Shown piece by piece: positions 1 to 10,353 of a stretch of 64,000 nt of DNA (positions are counted from its first letter, which is position 1; each line of letters begins with the position of its first letter). The notes below the pieces were generated by a model. That model was not told the DNA's origin, did no database searches, and was given only the letters and a program-made list of their open reading frames with translations. Where the stretch lies: the NCBI GenBank assembly GCA_963796685.1, contig CAWCMR010000014.1, forward strand, positions 107,189 through 171,188, read 5' to 3'. This stretch comes from an uncultured delta proteobacterium (GTDB lineage Bacteria; Myxococcota_A; Polyangia; Fen-1088). A program made the position numbers and the translations under genes.

Positions 1-612
1 TTGGCGCGGTACCACCCTCGTCGCGTCGTCGATGAAGGCGATGAGATACGTCTTGTGCCGTCGCTTCCCCTCGACGGTTACCGACACCGCGTGCATCACG
101 TCACTCATCCACAGCTCGTTCGCCTTCTCGAAGGCGAAGTGCCGCCGATCTTTGCTCGTCGGATCCTCGGGGCGCTTTTCCATCAGCCCCCGCCGCGACA
201 GCAGGCGGTGGACCGTCGCTGGCGCCAATTCCAGATCGGCTGGCACCTCGCCCGAGGCGCGTGCGGCATCGATCACCATCCGTACCGACAATTCCTGCTT
301 GTCCTCCTTGAGCATGCACAGAAGGTCGGACACCTTCTGCGGGATCGCCCGTGCCTGCCCCTGATCCGCGCGCGGCTGCGGGCGCAGAGCCTCGAAACCG
401 CCCTTGCGCCACTCGCGTAACCAGCCGCGCATGGTCTCGGCCGCCACGCGGGTGCGGCGCGTCCCTGGGATCGCGTAGCTTTTCGACGCTTTGTCCTTGA
501 GCCGGGCGTACGTCCCCGCTTCGCCCGGTTCCATGTGGGTCAGATCGGCAATCAATCCGTAGCGGAAGAGCGCCACATCCTCACGTCGGTCGGTCGTTGC
601 TTCGGTCTTCAT
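1..612 (-). CDS. DDE-type integrase/transposase (Mu/IS481-like), runs off the left edge
   Basis: Not in the ORF track; translated by hand from ATG 612 with a GGAGGA RBS: MKTEATTDRREDVALFRYGLIADL...TVHRLLSRRGL...FEKANELWMSDVMH...KTYLIAFIDDATR, which includes the first two DDE aspartates. Confidence 0.88.
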   Translation of the reverse strand, partial: MKTEATTDRREDVALFRYGLIADLTHMEPGEAGTYARLKDKASKSYAIPGTRRTRVAAETMRGWLREWRKGGFEALRPQPRADQGQARAIPQKVSDLLCMLKEDKQELSVRMVIDAARASGEVPADLELAPATVHRLLSRRGLMEKRPEDPTSKDRRHFAFEKANELWMSDVMHAVSVTVEGKRRHKTYLIAFIDDATRVVPRQ

Positions 613-655
613 CGTTTTCCTCCTCGGACCCCGTGCTTGGGGTCGCCCCAGACCA

Positions 656-1285
656 CTACCGGCTTGTGCGCGGCGGGTCCGGCCCCGTTCCCTGTTGGCT
701 GCGCCTTCGCTTTCGCCACCGCCGCTTTGGCCGTGGCCCGAATCCGAAAGGAGGCGCCAGCGTCCCCAGATGCGCCGCCCCGATCTCCCGCAGCCGCATC
801 AGCGCATGCTCCGTCCCGAGCACCTTGCGCACCGACCCCAGTCGAGGCTCGTTTCCGAGCCGCCCAGGCATCAGCGTCACCAGGGCCAGCAACGCCATCC
901 GCACCGCCCCCAGCCGCCGCCGTACCCAGCGCACGGCCCCGGGCAGCTCGATGTCTGGCCGAATCCTTTCCGCCGCTTTCTCGATGCTCTCACCTGCCGC
1001 CACCTTGGCCTCCACGATGGCCACTACCTGCTCGACCTCGTCGAGACTTCCAGGTAGCCGACTCGCCAGGCAGTCCGGCAAAAGGCTGAAGGTGGTGTGT
1101 CCCGTCGGACAATACCAGCGGGCGATCCGCATCCCGGCTGGCTCGACACGTGCGTACGTCCCGTGCCGCTCGAGATCGCAGTCCCCGCGAGGATGCAGCG
1201 GACATCGATCCAGCCTTGCCTCTTGCCAGCCCTTTTGCCTAACGTAGTCCTCGCTGGTGAGCGCCGTTCCCTGGCGCAGTTGCAC
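656..1285 (-). CDS. Transposon accessory protein with Zn-ribbon-like N-terminus (DUF6431-like)
   Basis: CPLHPRGDC...RHGTYAR...WYCPTGHTTFSLLPDCL; lies directly upstream of the DDE transposase on the same strand. Confidence 0.7.
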   Translation of the reverse strand: MQLRQGTALTSEDYVRQKGWQEARLDRCPLHPRGDCDLERHGTYARVEPAGMRIARWYCPTGHTTFSLLPDCLASRLPGSLDEVEQVVAIVEAKVAAGESIEKAAERIRPDIELPGAVRWVRRRLGAVRMALLALVTLMPGRLGNEPRLGSVRKVLGTEHALMRLREIGAAHLGTLAPPFGFGPRPKRRWRKRRRSQQGTGPDPPRTSR

Positions 1286-1762
1286 CGGCCACTGGCCCGC
1301 ACGGCTCCAACCGTGGCGGGACTCTATTCTTGTCTATGGGTGTTCTTGCGGACGGGCACCATGCCCATCACCGGCCCCAGATTCACCCAACTTGCCCATC
1401 CCGCAAAGCCCCCACGCAACCCTGTCTCGAATTCTGCCCCCATCTCAGGCGAACCAACGCTGGCCCACTCCGCGATGCAACCGCCGGTGGATCACGAGAC
1501 TACGTGAGAGCCAACAACACGGAACGATCGAGGTTTGCGATGGCGGTGTGCTGGTCATCAAGCCAGCGGTGGAACCGGCGCAAGACGAAACGATAACCTT
1601 GATTTGCTCGTAAAAACCCCGGTTTTCAGAAAGCCTGTCCGGTGGTGCTCTCGTGGAATTTTGGGTGCCCCGGCGTGGATCGAATGTGATCGTCCGGATA
1701 GGGTTCGCGCTATTCTATGCTTCGGCGCATTCTTGACACGGATTTCGGCCGCAAAGCCGCAG

Positions 1763-2700
1763 TCAGCAGGCGCAGGTCGGAGTTGGATCGACGGCGGCGG
1801 CCACAGCTTGGGCCAGGTGGCCCACGTAGCGTTTGACGTTCAGGGCGAGCACCTTGAGGTGCACCGCCAGGGTGACCCGTGGTCGGCCTCGCACGCGCAG
1901 CTCGGCGAAGCCATGGCATCGCTTCAACTCCGAGTTCGTGGCCTCGATGCCAGACCGGATCTTGTGCTGCTCCTTGAACTCCGGCGTTACCTGCTCCTGG
2001 CGTCGCTGCGCGATTGCCACGTCGACGATTCGAAACGCGAAGACGAGCCGGTCACCACGACGCTGGACCGGACACTTGTCGCGAAGCGGGCAGCCATCGC
2101 AGCACTCGGCCGAGAAGATGGCCAGCCTGGTCAGCTTGCCAGGCTGCTCGTGCGCCATCGGCGCTTGCCCCATCGGACAGGTTAGCACCGTCGTCCGCGT
2201 CTGGTCGAAGTCGAAGTCACCGATGTTCGCGGTCTCTTCTGATCTGATGGTCCCTTCGACCCGATCGGCGCTCGCAGATCCGTCCCGCGCTCTTCGGCCC
2301 CGACGATGTTCTCGCCGCCCGCGTAGCCTGCGTCGGCGTATCGCGTTTCAGGCGTCGCCCCGCACGTCCGCGCCACCTGGTCGAGGACCGGCGACCGGCA
2401 GCACGTGCTGTTGGTCGCTCTCGTTGGCACCGTTCACGCTCACCGCGGTCACCACCTCGAACGGGTTGTTCTCGCCGCATGTCTCGACCAGCTGGGCCTC
2501 GTAGCCCTTGCCCTTGTAGCCATACGTCACGTCGGAGTCCGACGGGCTCTGCAGCGACGACGAGGACGGCTTCTCCTGCAGCTCGATCTGGACCGGCGCC
2601 TCCGTCGTCGGCGGTACGCACTGGTCGCGGTAGAGCCGCTGCAACAGAGCGAACGCTTCCATGCCCGAAACGGAGCGATGGTCTGATGCACGCGTAAATG
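1763..2700 (-). pseudogene. IS1182/IS5-superfamily transposase, 5'-truncated and frameshifted
   Basis: Pieces in different frames: LQSPSDSDVTYGYKGKGYEAQLVETC, YADAGYAGGENI, CDGCPLRDKCP...KIRSGIEATNSELKRCHG. Confidence 0.8.
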
Positions 2701-2909
2701 CACCTCGCCAGCGACGGGACAACGGTGTCAAGGCTCGCGAAGCGACGGCCGAAGGCCGCTTGGCCTTGTCACCGTCGTCCGGCGCTGGCACCAAGAAATC
2801 GAAGGCATTCAACCGCCAATCAATCCATTCTAAACAGCGAGGAGCCCAAAATGGCCATGGGGCCTATTGGGACCTATGGCCATTGCAGTTTCAGGTACTG
2901 ATGCCGGGG

Positions 2910-4742
2910 CTACTTGCAGACGAACGTCGTGACCGTCGCCTTCGGCAGCGAAGCGCTGAACGTGCCGCCGGTTACGGTGACCGCAGTCCCTGCCTTGAGG
3001 TCGTCGGTCGAAGATGTCACGTTCGGCGTGCACGACGCTGGCGCTGTCCCGCCGGAGATGGCGATCGGCACCGTTGCATCAGCGGTGCCCTTGTTGATGG
3101 CCACGACGACCACGTTGCTCGATCCCGTATAGGCGGAGAGCAAGAGATCCGCGTTGGAATTCCCCGTAATATCCACCCGCTTGTAGCCTGGTCGTACGAA
3201 CTTGCTGTAATTACCAATCGTGTAATGGCGCTTGGTATCGGTTCCGTCCTGCAGCCATATGCCTTCGTTGTCGTTGGTGCCGTTGCTGGACGCGGACATC
3301 GGCTGGTACCACCAGTAGAGCCAGGCTGACGCATTGCCGGTCACGAGCGCGGAGTGAATCCACCCTGCCACCGCGACGCCGTTGTTGATATCACTGCTCG
3401 GCCCCTGTTCCGCCCACCACTTCACGCCGGACATCTCAGTCTGCCAGACCTCTTTCTTTGCCGCGGTAACATCGCTTGGCCAGGCGTAAGCCTGCTGCGA
3501 GTCGTACTCGTGCACCCCGACGATGTCGAAAGCGGCCCAGGCCGTCGCATCTGCAGCCAGGAAGTGGCCGTAGTCGTATCCTCCGCCCGTCGAGCACTTG
3601 CTGGCGCAACCAGTAGCGGTGAGAGTATTGCCGAAGCAACCGCAGCCCAGCGGGTCCGAGCTGTTCTTGCCCGAAACATCAGGACCGGCCGATACATTGG
3701 ACCACTGGTGGTTCCATTCTGATGCTTCCGCTGCAATGACCTTGATGTTCTTTGCTTGGAGCTTGGGGCCTGCCACCTTTACCCAAGCCACAAACTCGGT
3801 GGCGGTAAAGGCCATCGTATCGTAGTCGCCGTTGCACGGGTCGCTCTTGCCACACGACACGAAGTCAGGCTCATTCGCGATGGACATGGCGTACAGGCCG
3901 GTGCTCGATGCCCAGCTGGCTATGGTCGTTGACCACGAATCGTAACAGCTCGATTTCAGGTGTCCGCCGTAGGTGCCGTCGGTATTGGTGCTGTCCCTGC
4001 AATTGGCAGGCGCCATCCAGACCGACCCAATGGCTTTGAAGTCACTGCCCGCAGCGCTCTTCGCTGCGGAGATATTGCTCGACTCCCCGCTGTTATAGGA
4101 GTTGCCATCGCTACCCATGCCGGTACGCAGAATGGACAAGCCGATCCCGCTCGTCGGGCTGAAGAGTGAGGACGTTTTGGAGGACGGTATGGGTTGCCAA
4201 TTATCGTTCATGCCAAACCCTTGGATGGTTTGCTCAGTCTGATCGAGCTGCACCGTCACGCCCGTCGAGGTCGAGCCGCCAGCGCCCGAGTCGACGCCAG
4301 AGCTGGTGCCGCCATCGCCGCTACCGCCGACGGCCGAAGAACCTCCTTTGCCCCCTGTCGAGCTTCCGCCCGCATTGCTCCCGCCAGCACCGCTGCCGCC
4401 AGCTGCCGAACCGCCCTTGCCACCAGCTGCACTTCCGCCAGCGTTGTTACCGCCGGCCTGCGAACCGCTGCTGCCTCCGGTCGCGCTGCCGCCAGCCTGC
4501 GAACCACCGGCCCCGCTCGTTGTTGTACCACCGGAATTGGCGCCGCCGGAGCCGCTGCTGCCACCCTTCGCCGTTGTTCCGCCTTGGCCGTTGCCACCAT
4601 TGCCGGTGCTTCCGCCGTTTCCGCCGGCGCCACCTGAGGAGGTGCTGCCGCCCGTTCCCGAGGAGCCCCCGTTGTTAGAGCAGTTCACCATTACCATGGC
4701 GAGGACGGCGGGCCCGACTAGCAGCTGGCACGTGCGACGCAT
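2910..4742 (-). CDS. GH30 glycoside hydrolase (xylanase-like), probable lipoprotein with Gly/Ser linker
   Basis: QTIQGFG, GIGLSILR, acid/base IANEPD, nucleophile VWQTEM, NYSKFVRPGYKR, C-terminal beta-sandwich ending VTTFV. Confidence 0.88.
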   Translation of the reverse strand: MRRTCQLLVGPAVLAMVMVNCSNNGGSSGTGGSTSSGGAGGNGGSTGNGGNGQGGTTAKGGSSGSGGANSGGTTTSGAGGSQAGGSATGGSSGSQAGGNNAGGSAAGGKGGSAAGGSGAGGSNAGGSSTGGKGGSSAVGGSGDGGTSSGVDSGAGGSTSTGVTVQLDQTEQTIQGFGMNDNWQPIPSSKTSSLFSPTSGIGLSILRTGMGSDGNSYNSGESSNISAAKSAAGSDFKAIGSVWMAPANCRDSTNTDGTYGGHLKSSCYDSWSTTIASWASSTGLYAMSIANEPDFVSCGKSDPCNGDYDTMAFTATEFVAWVKVAGPKLQAKNIKVIAAEASEWNHQWSNVSAGPDVSGKNSSDPLGCGCFGNTLTATGCASKCSTGGGYDYGHFLAADATAWAAFDIVGVHEYDSQQAYAWPSDVTAAKKEVWQTEMSGVKWWAEQGPSSDINNGVAVAGWIHSALVTGNASAWLYWWYQPMSASSNGTNDNEGIWLQDGTDTKRHYTIGNYSKFVRPGYKRVDITGNSNADLLLSAYTGSSNVVVVAINKGTADATVPIAISGGTAPASCTPNVTSSTDDLKAGTAVTVTGGTFSASLPKATVTTFVCK

Positions 4743-5101
4743 AGATTCCGACACAAAATTGCCTGTTCGCATGCGCGAAGTTTGGGCCAGAAGGCAATGC
4801 GGAGTCAAGAGATCATGCGAGCTCAAGAGTGCGCATAAAATTACTATGATCTCCGTGCTTTTGGCAGGGATGGCGCGTTGCGGATCACCCTCTCGGAGCG
4901 TAAGAACAAACCGTCAAGAAATGGGAAGTGGCATCCAGAAATGCGAAAAATGCGTTGCGCACGGGCAAGGTGAGAAAAAATCGAAACTAACTTATGAAAA
5001 CGCGATCTGAGATCGCCCTAATGGGCATATAAACAGCGCAGTCGGTATGTCGCGCGCGGTGAAGCCACGGGCGAGCGGATGTTCTAAATAAGGATAGTGC
5101 A

Positions 5102-7027
5102 ATGAACACAGCACGGAAATCGATCACCAGCGTCGGAATCGCGGTCCTCTTCGCGGCTTGCAGCTCAGGCGGGGGCCAGGGCGGGGGCTCTGGCGGCAGC
5201 CAGAGCGGCGGCTCGGGCGGAAACGAGAGCGGGGGCTCGGGCGGTAGCCAGAGCGGGGGCTCGGGCGGCAGCCAGAGCGGGGGCACGAGTGGCAGCCAGA
5301 GCGGTGGCTCGGGTGGCAGCCAGAGCGGGGGCTCGGGCGGCAAGGGGAGCGGTGGCTCGGGCGGTAGCCAGAGCGGGGGCTCGGGCGGCAACGCGAGCGG
5401 TGGCACCACTGCGAAGGGCGGAACGAGCGGCGGCGGCGCGGGCGGCAGTGCAGCCGGCGGCACGACGAGTAGCACGGGTGGCTCCAGCACGCCGAGCGGC
5501 GGCACGACCGGCCCGGGTGGCAGTCAAAGCGGTGGCGCGACAGGCGCGGGTGGTGATTCGTCGCCCGGTAGCGGCGGGACCACAACCCCCTCGACGGTCC
5601 TTGTAACGTCTGCTAGCGGCGCCTACTGGAAGACCGGTACATGGACCGAGGTGACCAGCGGGAGCGCCACGGTTACGGTCAATGATACCTCGACCGCGCA
5701 GAACTGGGAAGGCTTCGGCGGCGCCTTCAACGAATTGGGGTGGACCGTTCTGACCTCGGCCACCATGCAGACTCAGGCCTTGACCTTGCTCTTCAGCCCC
5801 ACCGATGGTGCAAACTTCACCATGGGGCGAATCCCGATGGGAGCGAGCGACTACGCCACCAGTCGCTACACCGACGACGACGGTTCGTGGACCGACGTCA
5901 ATGCCAGCAGCGGCACGCGCCAGCCTGCGGACACGTCCATGGCAAATTTCTCGATCGATAGAGACAAAAAGAATCTGATCCCCTACATCAAAGCGGCGAT
6001 GGCGATCAAATCCGATATTCGTTTCTGGGCCAGTCCGTGGACGCCACCGGTGTGGATGAAGAGCGGGTACAATTCCAACCAAGCTGGCAGCATGTCCGGC
6101 TGGAAGCCGTCATTCTACGATGGCGGCAACATGAGCAGCGACTCTGGAACCTTGACGGCCTACGCCCAGTACTACACGAAGTTCGTGCAAGGGTACAAGG
6201 ATCAGGGCATCAACATCGAGCTCGTCTCGCCCCAGAACGAGCCAGGTTATGAGCAGAACTACCCGTCGTGCCTCTGGGACAAGACCACCTACGTCAGCTG
6301 GGTCAAGACTCTCGGGCAGGCCATGAGCAGCATCGGCGTCAAGGTCATGCTGGGTACGCTGTCGAATAATGGCGACACTGTTGAAGGCGTCAAGAGGACA
6401 GACCTTGACATCGCGTCTGCAGTGCTAGCCGATAGCACCGCGAAGGGCTTGGTCACGGTCGTCGGCGTCCAATGGGGCATACTCGACGCGGTGAACAAAG
6501 GTCAGACGTTCCAAGGGCTGCCCGTCTGGGCCACCGAGCACAAGTGCGGCAACTATCCGTGGAATCCCTCTGGCTCTCCTACGTACAACAGCACCCAGGC
6601 GCCCAACGATCAGGCGTACGGGGTGGAGAGCTGGGGCTACATCCGAGACGCGATCACAAAGGGAAAAGTGACGGCCTACAACGCCTGGAACATGGTCCTC
6701 GACAAGTCCGGCCTGGGCATCGACACGTCTCGTGATTGGAAACAGGATGCGTTGTTGGTGGCGAATTCGGGAAGTGTTACCGCAACGCCCGCCTACTATG
6801 TCTTCCGTCACGTCTCGCAGTACGTGCAGCCCGGCGCCACCGTGGTTGGCACCTCCGGCGGCGATGCAGTCGCCTTCAAGAACCCGGACAACAGCCTGGT
6901 TGCGGTCGTCTACAACTCTGGCGCCGAGAACAAGAGCTTCATCGTCAAGATTGGTGGCAAGATGCTCCAGTTCGACATGCCCGGTGACAGCAAGGGCGCC
7001 TGGGCCACCATCAAGTACGGCCCGTAA
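5102..7027 (+). CDS. GH30 glycoside hydrolase (glucosylceramidase/beta-1,6-glucanase-like) lipoprotein
   Basis: Lipobox LFAAC; WEGFGGAFNE, RIPMGASDY, ASPWTPPVWMK, PQNEP, WATE, WNMVLD, HVSQYVQPGA, AFKNPD. Confidence 0.9.
   Translation: MNTARKSITSVGIAVLFAACSSGGGQGGGSGGSQSGGSGGNESGGSGGSQSGGSGGSQSGGTSGSQSGGSGGSQSGGSGGKGSGGSGGSQSGGSGGNASGGTTAKGGTSGGGAGGSAAGGTTSSTGGSSTPSGGTTGPGGSQSGGATGAGGDSSPGSGGTTTPSTVLVTSASGAYWKTGTWTEVTSGSATVTVNDTSTAQNWEGFGGAFNELGWTVLTSATMQTQALTLLFSPTDGANFTMGRIPMGASDYATSRYTDDDGSWTDVNASSGTRQPADTSMANFSIDRDKKNLIPYIKAAMAIKSDIRFWASPWTPPVWMKSGYNSNQAGSMSGWKPSFYDGGNMSSDSGTLTAYAQYYTKFVQGYKDQGINIELVSPQNEPGYEQNYPSCLWDKTTYVSWVKTLGQAMSSIGVKVMLGTLSNNGDTVEGVKRTDLDIASAVLADSTAKGLVTVVGVQWGILDAVNKGQTFQGLPVWATEHKCGNYPWNPSGSPTYNSTQAPNDQAYGVESWGYIRDAITKGKVTAYNAWNMVLDKSGLGIDTSRDWKQDALLVANSGSVTATPAYYVFRHVSQYVQPGATVVGTSGGDAVAFKNPDNSLVAVVYNSGAENKSFIVKIGGKMLQFDMPGDSKGAWATIKYGP
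5186..5400 (+). repeat. In-frame 24-bp tandem repeat encoding an (SQSGGSGG)n linker
   Basis: About 9 degenerate copies of agccagagcgggggctcgggcggc. Confidence 0.85.
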
Positions 7028-7054
7028 CTGCGTAGCGACTCTCCCAACTGAGGG

Positions 7055-9385
7055 TCACTTCGATGAAGACGCCCAGCCCACCCCGGCTGGGCGTTTCGCT
7101 TTTCTCACGGTCGATTTGTGCGGAGGCATTCCGCCTGATTGCCACTCACGCCCTCTGGAGACACTCGACCTCGCATACCTGACGCGGCAGCGATGTGAAC
7201 TTCCGCCTTTCCTTTGCTGCCTACCACGTCCCCTGTTCGAGCGCGCTGTGCGCATTTCCAGGCCCTGCGTCCGTAGTTCGGTTGCCGATATCATGAGCGG
7301 AGAAGAAAGAATGCAGCAGAGCCAGAAGGTACCCAGGTCCTGGGTGGTCCAACTTCCCGATACCCCGGTGCGATAGACATGTGCGATCGTTCCGGTTGAG
7401 GTCAAAATGACAATGTGAAGCGTATTGTCTGCGGTGACCACGCAGTCCGGTGACGACGCTGGGACCGAATTGCCTGACAGCTCCCAGGCTGAGAATGTGG
7501 TTTGGTCGACCGAGGCTGTCGTCCAGTCGGTCTGGGAATAGGCGACATACAGCTTCCCGCCTGCGACCGCCGCAGTGTACCGCCTGTAATCGCTCGTCGT
7601 CGGGTCGCTATGGTTGCACAAAGTCGGTGAGTAGCTATACGTTGCTGATGCTGGTGGGAGCCAATACGTATTCGGTTGCCAGCCCGATCCGAACCCCGAA
7701 GTGTGGTCAAAATAGACCATCCCATTGCCGGTAAAGGCCACCATCTCGGCATGGTTAGGATTATCGCCATTTCCTTGCTGATATGCGATATCCGGCGCAG
7801 ACGTCAGTGCGTAGTCCACCGTGGGAGTGTAGCCGCCATACGTGGTGCCATCGAAGGTAACCCAGCTTGGCATTCCAGACGCCGGCACGGCTGCCATCTG
7901 GTACGTAACATCGGTACTGTTGGGCCAAGCGGCAATGGACACGCCGATGTAACCGAAGGTCGAAGGGCTATTCGTGGACAGCTCTCGAGTGAACGCGTTG
8001 TAGCTCGTGCCAAATCCAGTGGCATGCATGTACGAGCCTGTTGGGCTTGCCCCGGATGCCACGATGTGAACCGTGTTCGAATTGCTGCTGCAGTCCAAAT
8101 CCGAACGAGCGTCGAGCTTTGTGGCATCGAGAGCCGGGATGCTTGCCCAGGAGCCAGAGCTGCTGCCGCTGATGACCCGACGATAGATCTTCTGACCACT
8201 GCTAGCGAAAACCTCGACGCTTGACAAATCGGGACTCGTAGCGCATGGCCCGCTGATAAACGCATTCTTGGCACAGGTTCCACTTCCACCCGAGCACCCG
8301 TTCCCGGTCACGCAGTCGGCGTCAGTTGTACAAGATGTCTTGCACGCGGTGGTGGATGCACAGACAAGATTGCCAGCACAAGATGTGGTCGTGCCTGGCA
8401 GGCAGGCGCCGGCACTACAAGCACCTTGCGGCACAAGAGTCGTTCCCGTCGGCTGCGACTGCGTGTTCGTCAGGGTCGTACAGCTACCCACTCCACAGGG
8501 CGTCGTTGGCCATGTGCACTGACCGTTCGCCGCACCGGTGCAGCTGCCGCTGCAATCAGAGCTGGTGCCTGTGCAACTCCCATGTCCCGCATGGGGTGCA
8601 CCAGTCACAGGCTTGCAGGCGCCAGTTTCGCACGACTCGCACGTGCCAGCGCACGCACGATCACAACAGTGTCCATCCGATGAGCATGACAACCCTGATG
8701 CGCAGGTTGCGGAGGACTGACAGGTCTGGCCCGGAGCGCCCGTACCTCCGCTTCCGCCAGATTCGCCACCGGTGCCGTTTCCACCAGATCCGCTTCCACC
8801 AGATCCGCCACCGGTGCCGCTTCCGCCAGATCCGCCACCGGTGCCGCTTCCGCCAGATCCGCCACCGGTGCCACCAAGGGGCGCATCGAGGGCGTCGGCA
8901 TTGGGTGCGTCGATCGGACCAGCTCCGCCGGTGCCGGGTACGCCCCCAGCGCCCGCCTCGGAAGACGTCGTCGGAGGACCATCGAGCGGCACGTCGGCCA
9001 TCAAGTCGATGCTGCCATCCCATCCCCAAGCCCCGCCCGTCCCTTGCCCGCTGTCCATCGAGGCCACGCCTCCCGTGCCAAGACCGGTTTCTCGAATCGC
9101 GATGTCGTGGCCTGCTTGGGAATCGAGCGCAGTGGCATCCAGGCCACCGGAAGGGGGTGGAACCTTGCAGGTCTTGCCGTCCGTCGACTCACAGCAAATG
9201 TCGTTCGCTCCGCAAACGGAGCCCCACGGACAGCTCTTGTCATCTTTGCAGTGGTAGGTTTGGGTAGGATCGATCTTCGGGTCGTTGAAACACCCGAAGC
9301 TGAGAATGGAAAGCAGGGCGGCCAATGCCAGCCCCAGGCGATCCCGGCTGCAAGACGACTGTGAGGAAGATGACGAGAAAGACAT
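7055..9385 (-). CDS. Large Cys-rich lipoprotein with Gly linker and probable C-terminal beta-propeller
   Basis: ATG 9385 overlaps the upstream stop (TGATG); LSFGC lipobox; DGHCCDRACAGTCESC repeats; the native C-terminus may be DLGTF at about 7325. Confidence 0.7.
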   Translation of the reverse strand: MSFSSSSSQSSCSRDRLGLALAALLSILSFGCFNDPKIDPTQTYHCKDDKSCPWGSVCGANDICCESTDGKTCKVPPPSGGLDATALDSQAGHDIAIRETGLGTGGVASMDSGQGTGGAWGWDGSIDLMADVPLDGPPTTSSEAGAGGVPGTGGAGPIDAPNADALDAPLGGTGGGSGGSGTGGGSGGSGTGGGSGGSGSGGNGTGGESGGSGGTGAPGQTCQSSATCASGLSCSSDGHCCDRACAGTCESCETGACKPVTGAPHAGHGSCTGTSSDCSGSCTGAANGQCTWPTTPCGVGSCTTLTNTQSQPTGTTLVPQGACSAGACLPGTTTSCAGNLVCASTTACKTSCTTDADCVTGNGCSGGSGTCAKNAFISGPCATSPDLSSVEVFASSGQKIYRRVISGSSSGSWASIPALDATKLDARSDLDCSSNSNTVHIVASGASPTGSYMHATGFGTSYNAFTRELSTNSPSTFGYIGVSIAAWPNSTDVTYQMAAVPASGMPSWVTFDGTTYGGYTPTVDYALTSAPDIAYQQGNGDNPNHAEMVAFTGNGMVYFDHTSGFGSGWQPNTYWLPPASATYSYSPTLCNHSDPTTSDYRRYTAAVAGGKLYVAYSQTDWTTASVDQTTFSAWELSGNSVPASSPDCVVTADNTLHIVILTSTGTIAHVYRTGVSGSWTTQDLGTFWLCCILSSPLMISATELRTQGLEMRTARSNRGRGRQQRKGGSSHRCRVRYARSSVSRGREWQSGGMPPHKSTVRKAKRPAGVGWASSSK
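7069..7105 (+). terminator. Rho-independent terminator after the GH30 gene
   Basis: Stem ACGCCCAGCC / GGCTGGGCGT followed by TTCGCTTTTCT. Confidence 0.65.
8749..8870 (-). repeat. 27-bp tandem repeat encoding (GTGGGSGGS)n
   Basis: ccgcttccgccagatccgccaccggtg repeated about 4 times. Confidence 0.8.
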
Positions 9386-10191
9386 CAGAACGCTCCTGTC
9401 AGCACGGCACCTGCAGTGCCAGGCGCAACGGTTGGTACCAGGGCAACGCTGGACATTGAATCTCGGCCGGAATGCCAACCGAGATAGTAGAGCAATGACC
9501 CACCGGCCAGGCAGGCCGCGCCCGCGCCGTAGCTGACCCAACCGAGGGTCTTGTAGCTCTTGCGTGAGGTATCGGTGTCGCGGTTGAAGTTGTCGGGTTT
9601 CTGGAGATCGCTCGTCATGCTGTTGACCTTGAGGTTCAAGATCACGCCGGTGAGCAACGCGGCGGCACCGACGGAAGCCACCGTGATGCCAGCGATGCGC
9701 AGTCCCGAGCCCGTCTTGCCCTCGATTTGCCCTGGTTGCCGCGCCACGACCCCGGCCTCCGGCGAGATAGGGACCTGGATAGGCTGCGCTTGCGCGACGG
9801 GGGTCGAAACGACGGCAGGAGGCGGCGAAACGACGGTAGGGGGAGGCTCGCTCTTGGGGAGATATGATTCGCAGGCCTCGATGCGCTTTTGCGCCACCGC
9901 CTTTTCTTCAGGCGTGAGCTTTTCCCCCTTGACCAGGTATTCGCGGAATCGGGCGATGGCATCCTCGTATTTGCGGTTCTGCTCGAAGCATCGTCCCTGG
10001 TTGAAGATATAGGTGATGTCGTTCGTGTCGACATAGAGCTCGGCCAGGAGGTCCACGCCTTTGGCCGGATCGCCGGACAGGCAGGCTTTCTTGGCCATGC
10101 GCTCCTTGGCTTGTCTGCTGGCCGCAGAAGCGGGCTCCGGCAACGACACCAGAATCGCGAGTATCACCAACAACATCCCTAGGCAACGCAT
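9385..10191 (-). CDS. Secreted TPR protein with C-terminal hydrophobic segments (myxobacterial type)
   Basis: Signal peptide; TPR-like YIFNQGRCFEQNRKYEDAIARFREYL; Pro linker; ends GAVLTGAF. Confidence 0.75.
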   Translation of the reverse strand: MRCLGMLLVILAILVSLPEPASAASRQAKERMAKKACLSGDPAKGVDLLAELYVDTNDITYIFNQGRCFEQNRKYEDAIARFREYLVKGEKLTPEEKAVAQKRIEACESYLPKSEPPPTVVSPPPAVVSTPVAQAQPIQVPISPEAGVVARQPGQIEGKTGSGLRIAGITVASVGAAALLTGVILNLKVNSMTSDLQKPDNFNRDTDTSRKSYKTLGWVSYGAGAACLAGGSLLYYLGWHSGRDSMSSVALVPTVAPGTAGAVLTGAF

Positions 10192-10353
10192 GGTCTTGAC
10201 CTCATCTTGAATATTCTCGTCGCTTCACGGTCCGCGAATTTGTCGCAGCATGAACAGAAATGGCGCGCAAGTCAAACAGCGGAGACCGCCGGTGACTCGC
10301 AACGATGTCGCGGGATCGCGGTACGTCGTCCCTCGGTGGCTCCATCCGGTGTC

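Larger units (their letters stand above)
1..1516 (-). mobile_element. One end of a multi-gene DDE transposon
   Basis: Two co-oriented transposon genes; candidate terminus 5'-TGTTGGCTCTCACGTAG on the minus strand at 1516; the other end is outside the window. Confidence 0.55.

Noticed and set aside
5186-5400. Regular short repeats resembling a CRISPR array (also 8749-8870, 14574-14700, 42390-42530)
   Set aside because: They are in-frame coding linkers with no unique spacers, and there are no cas genes
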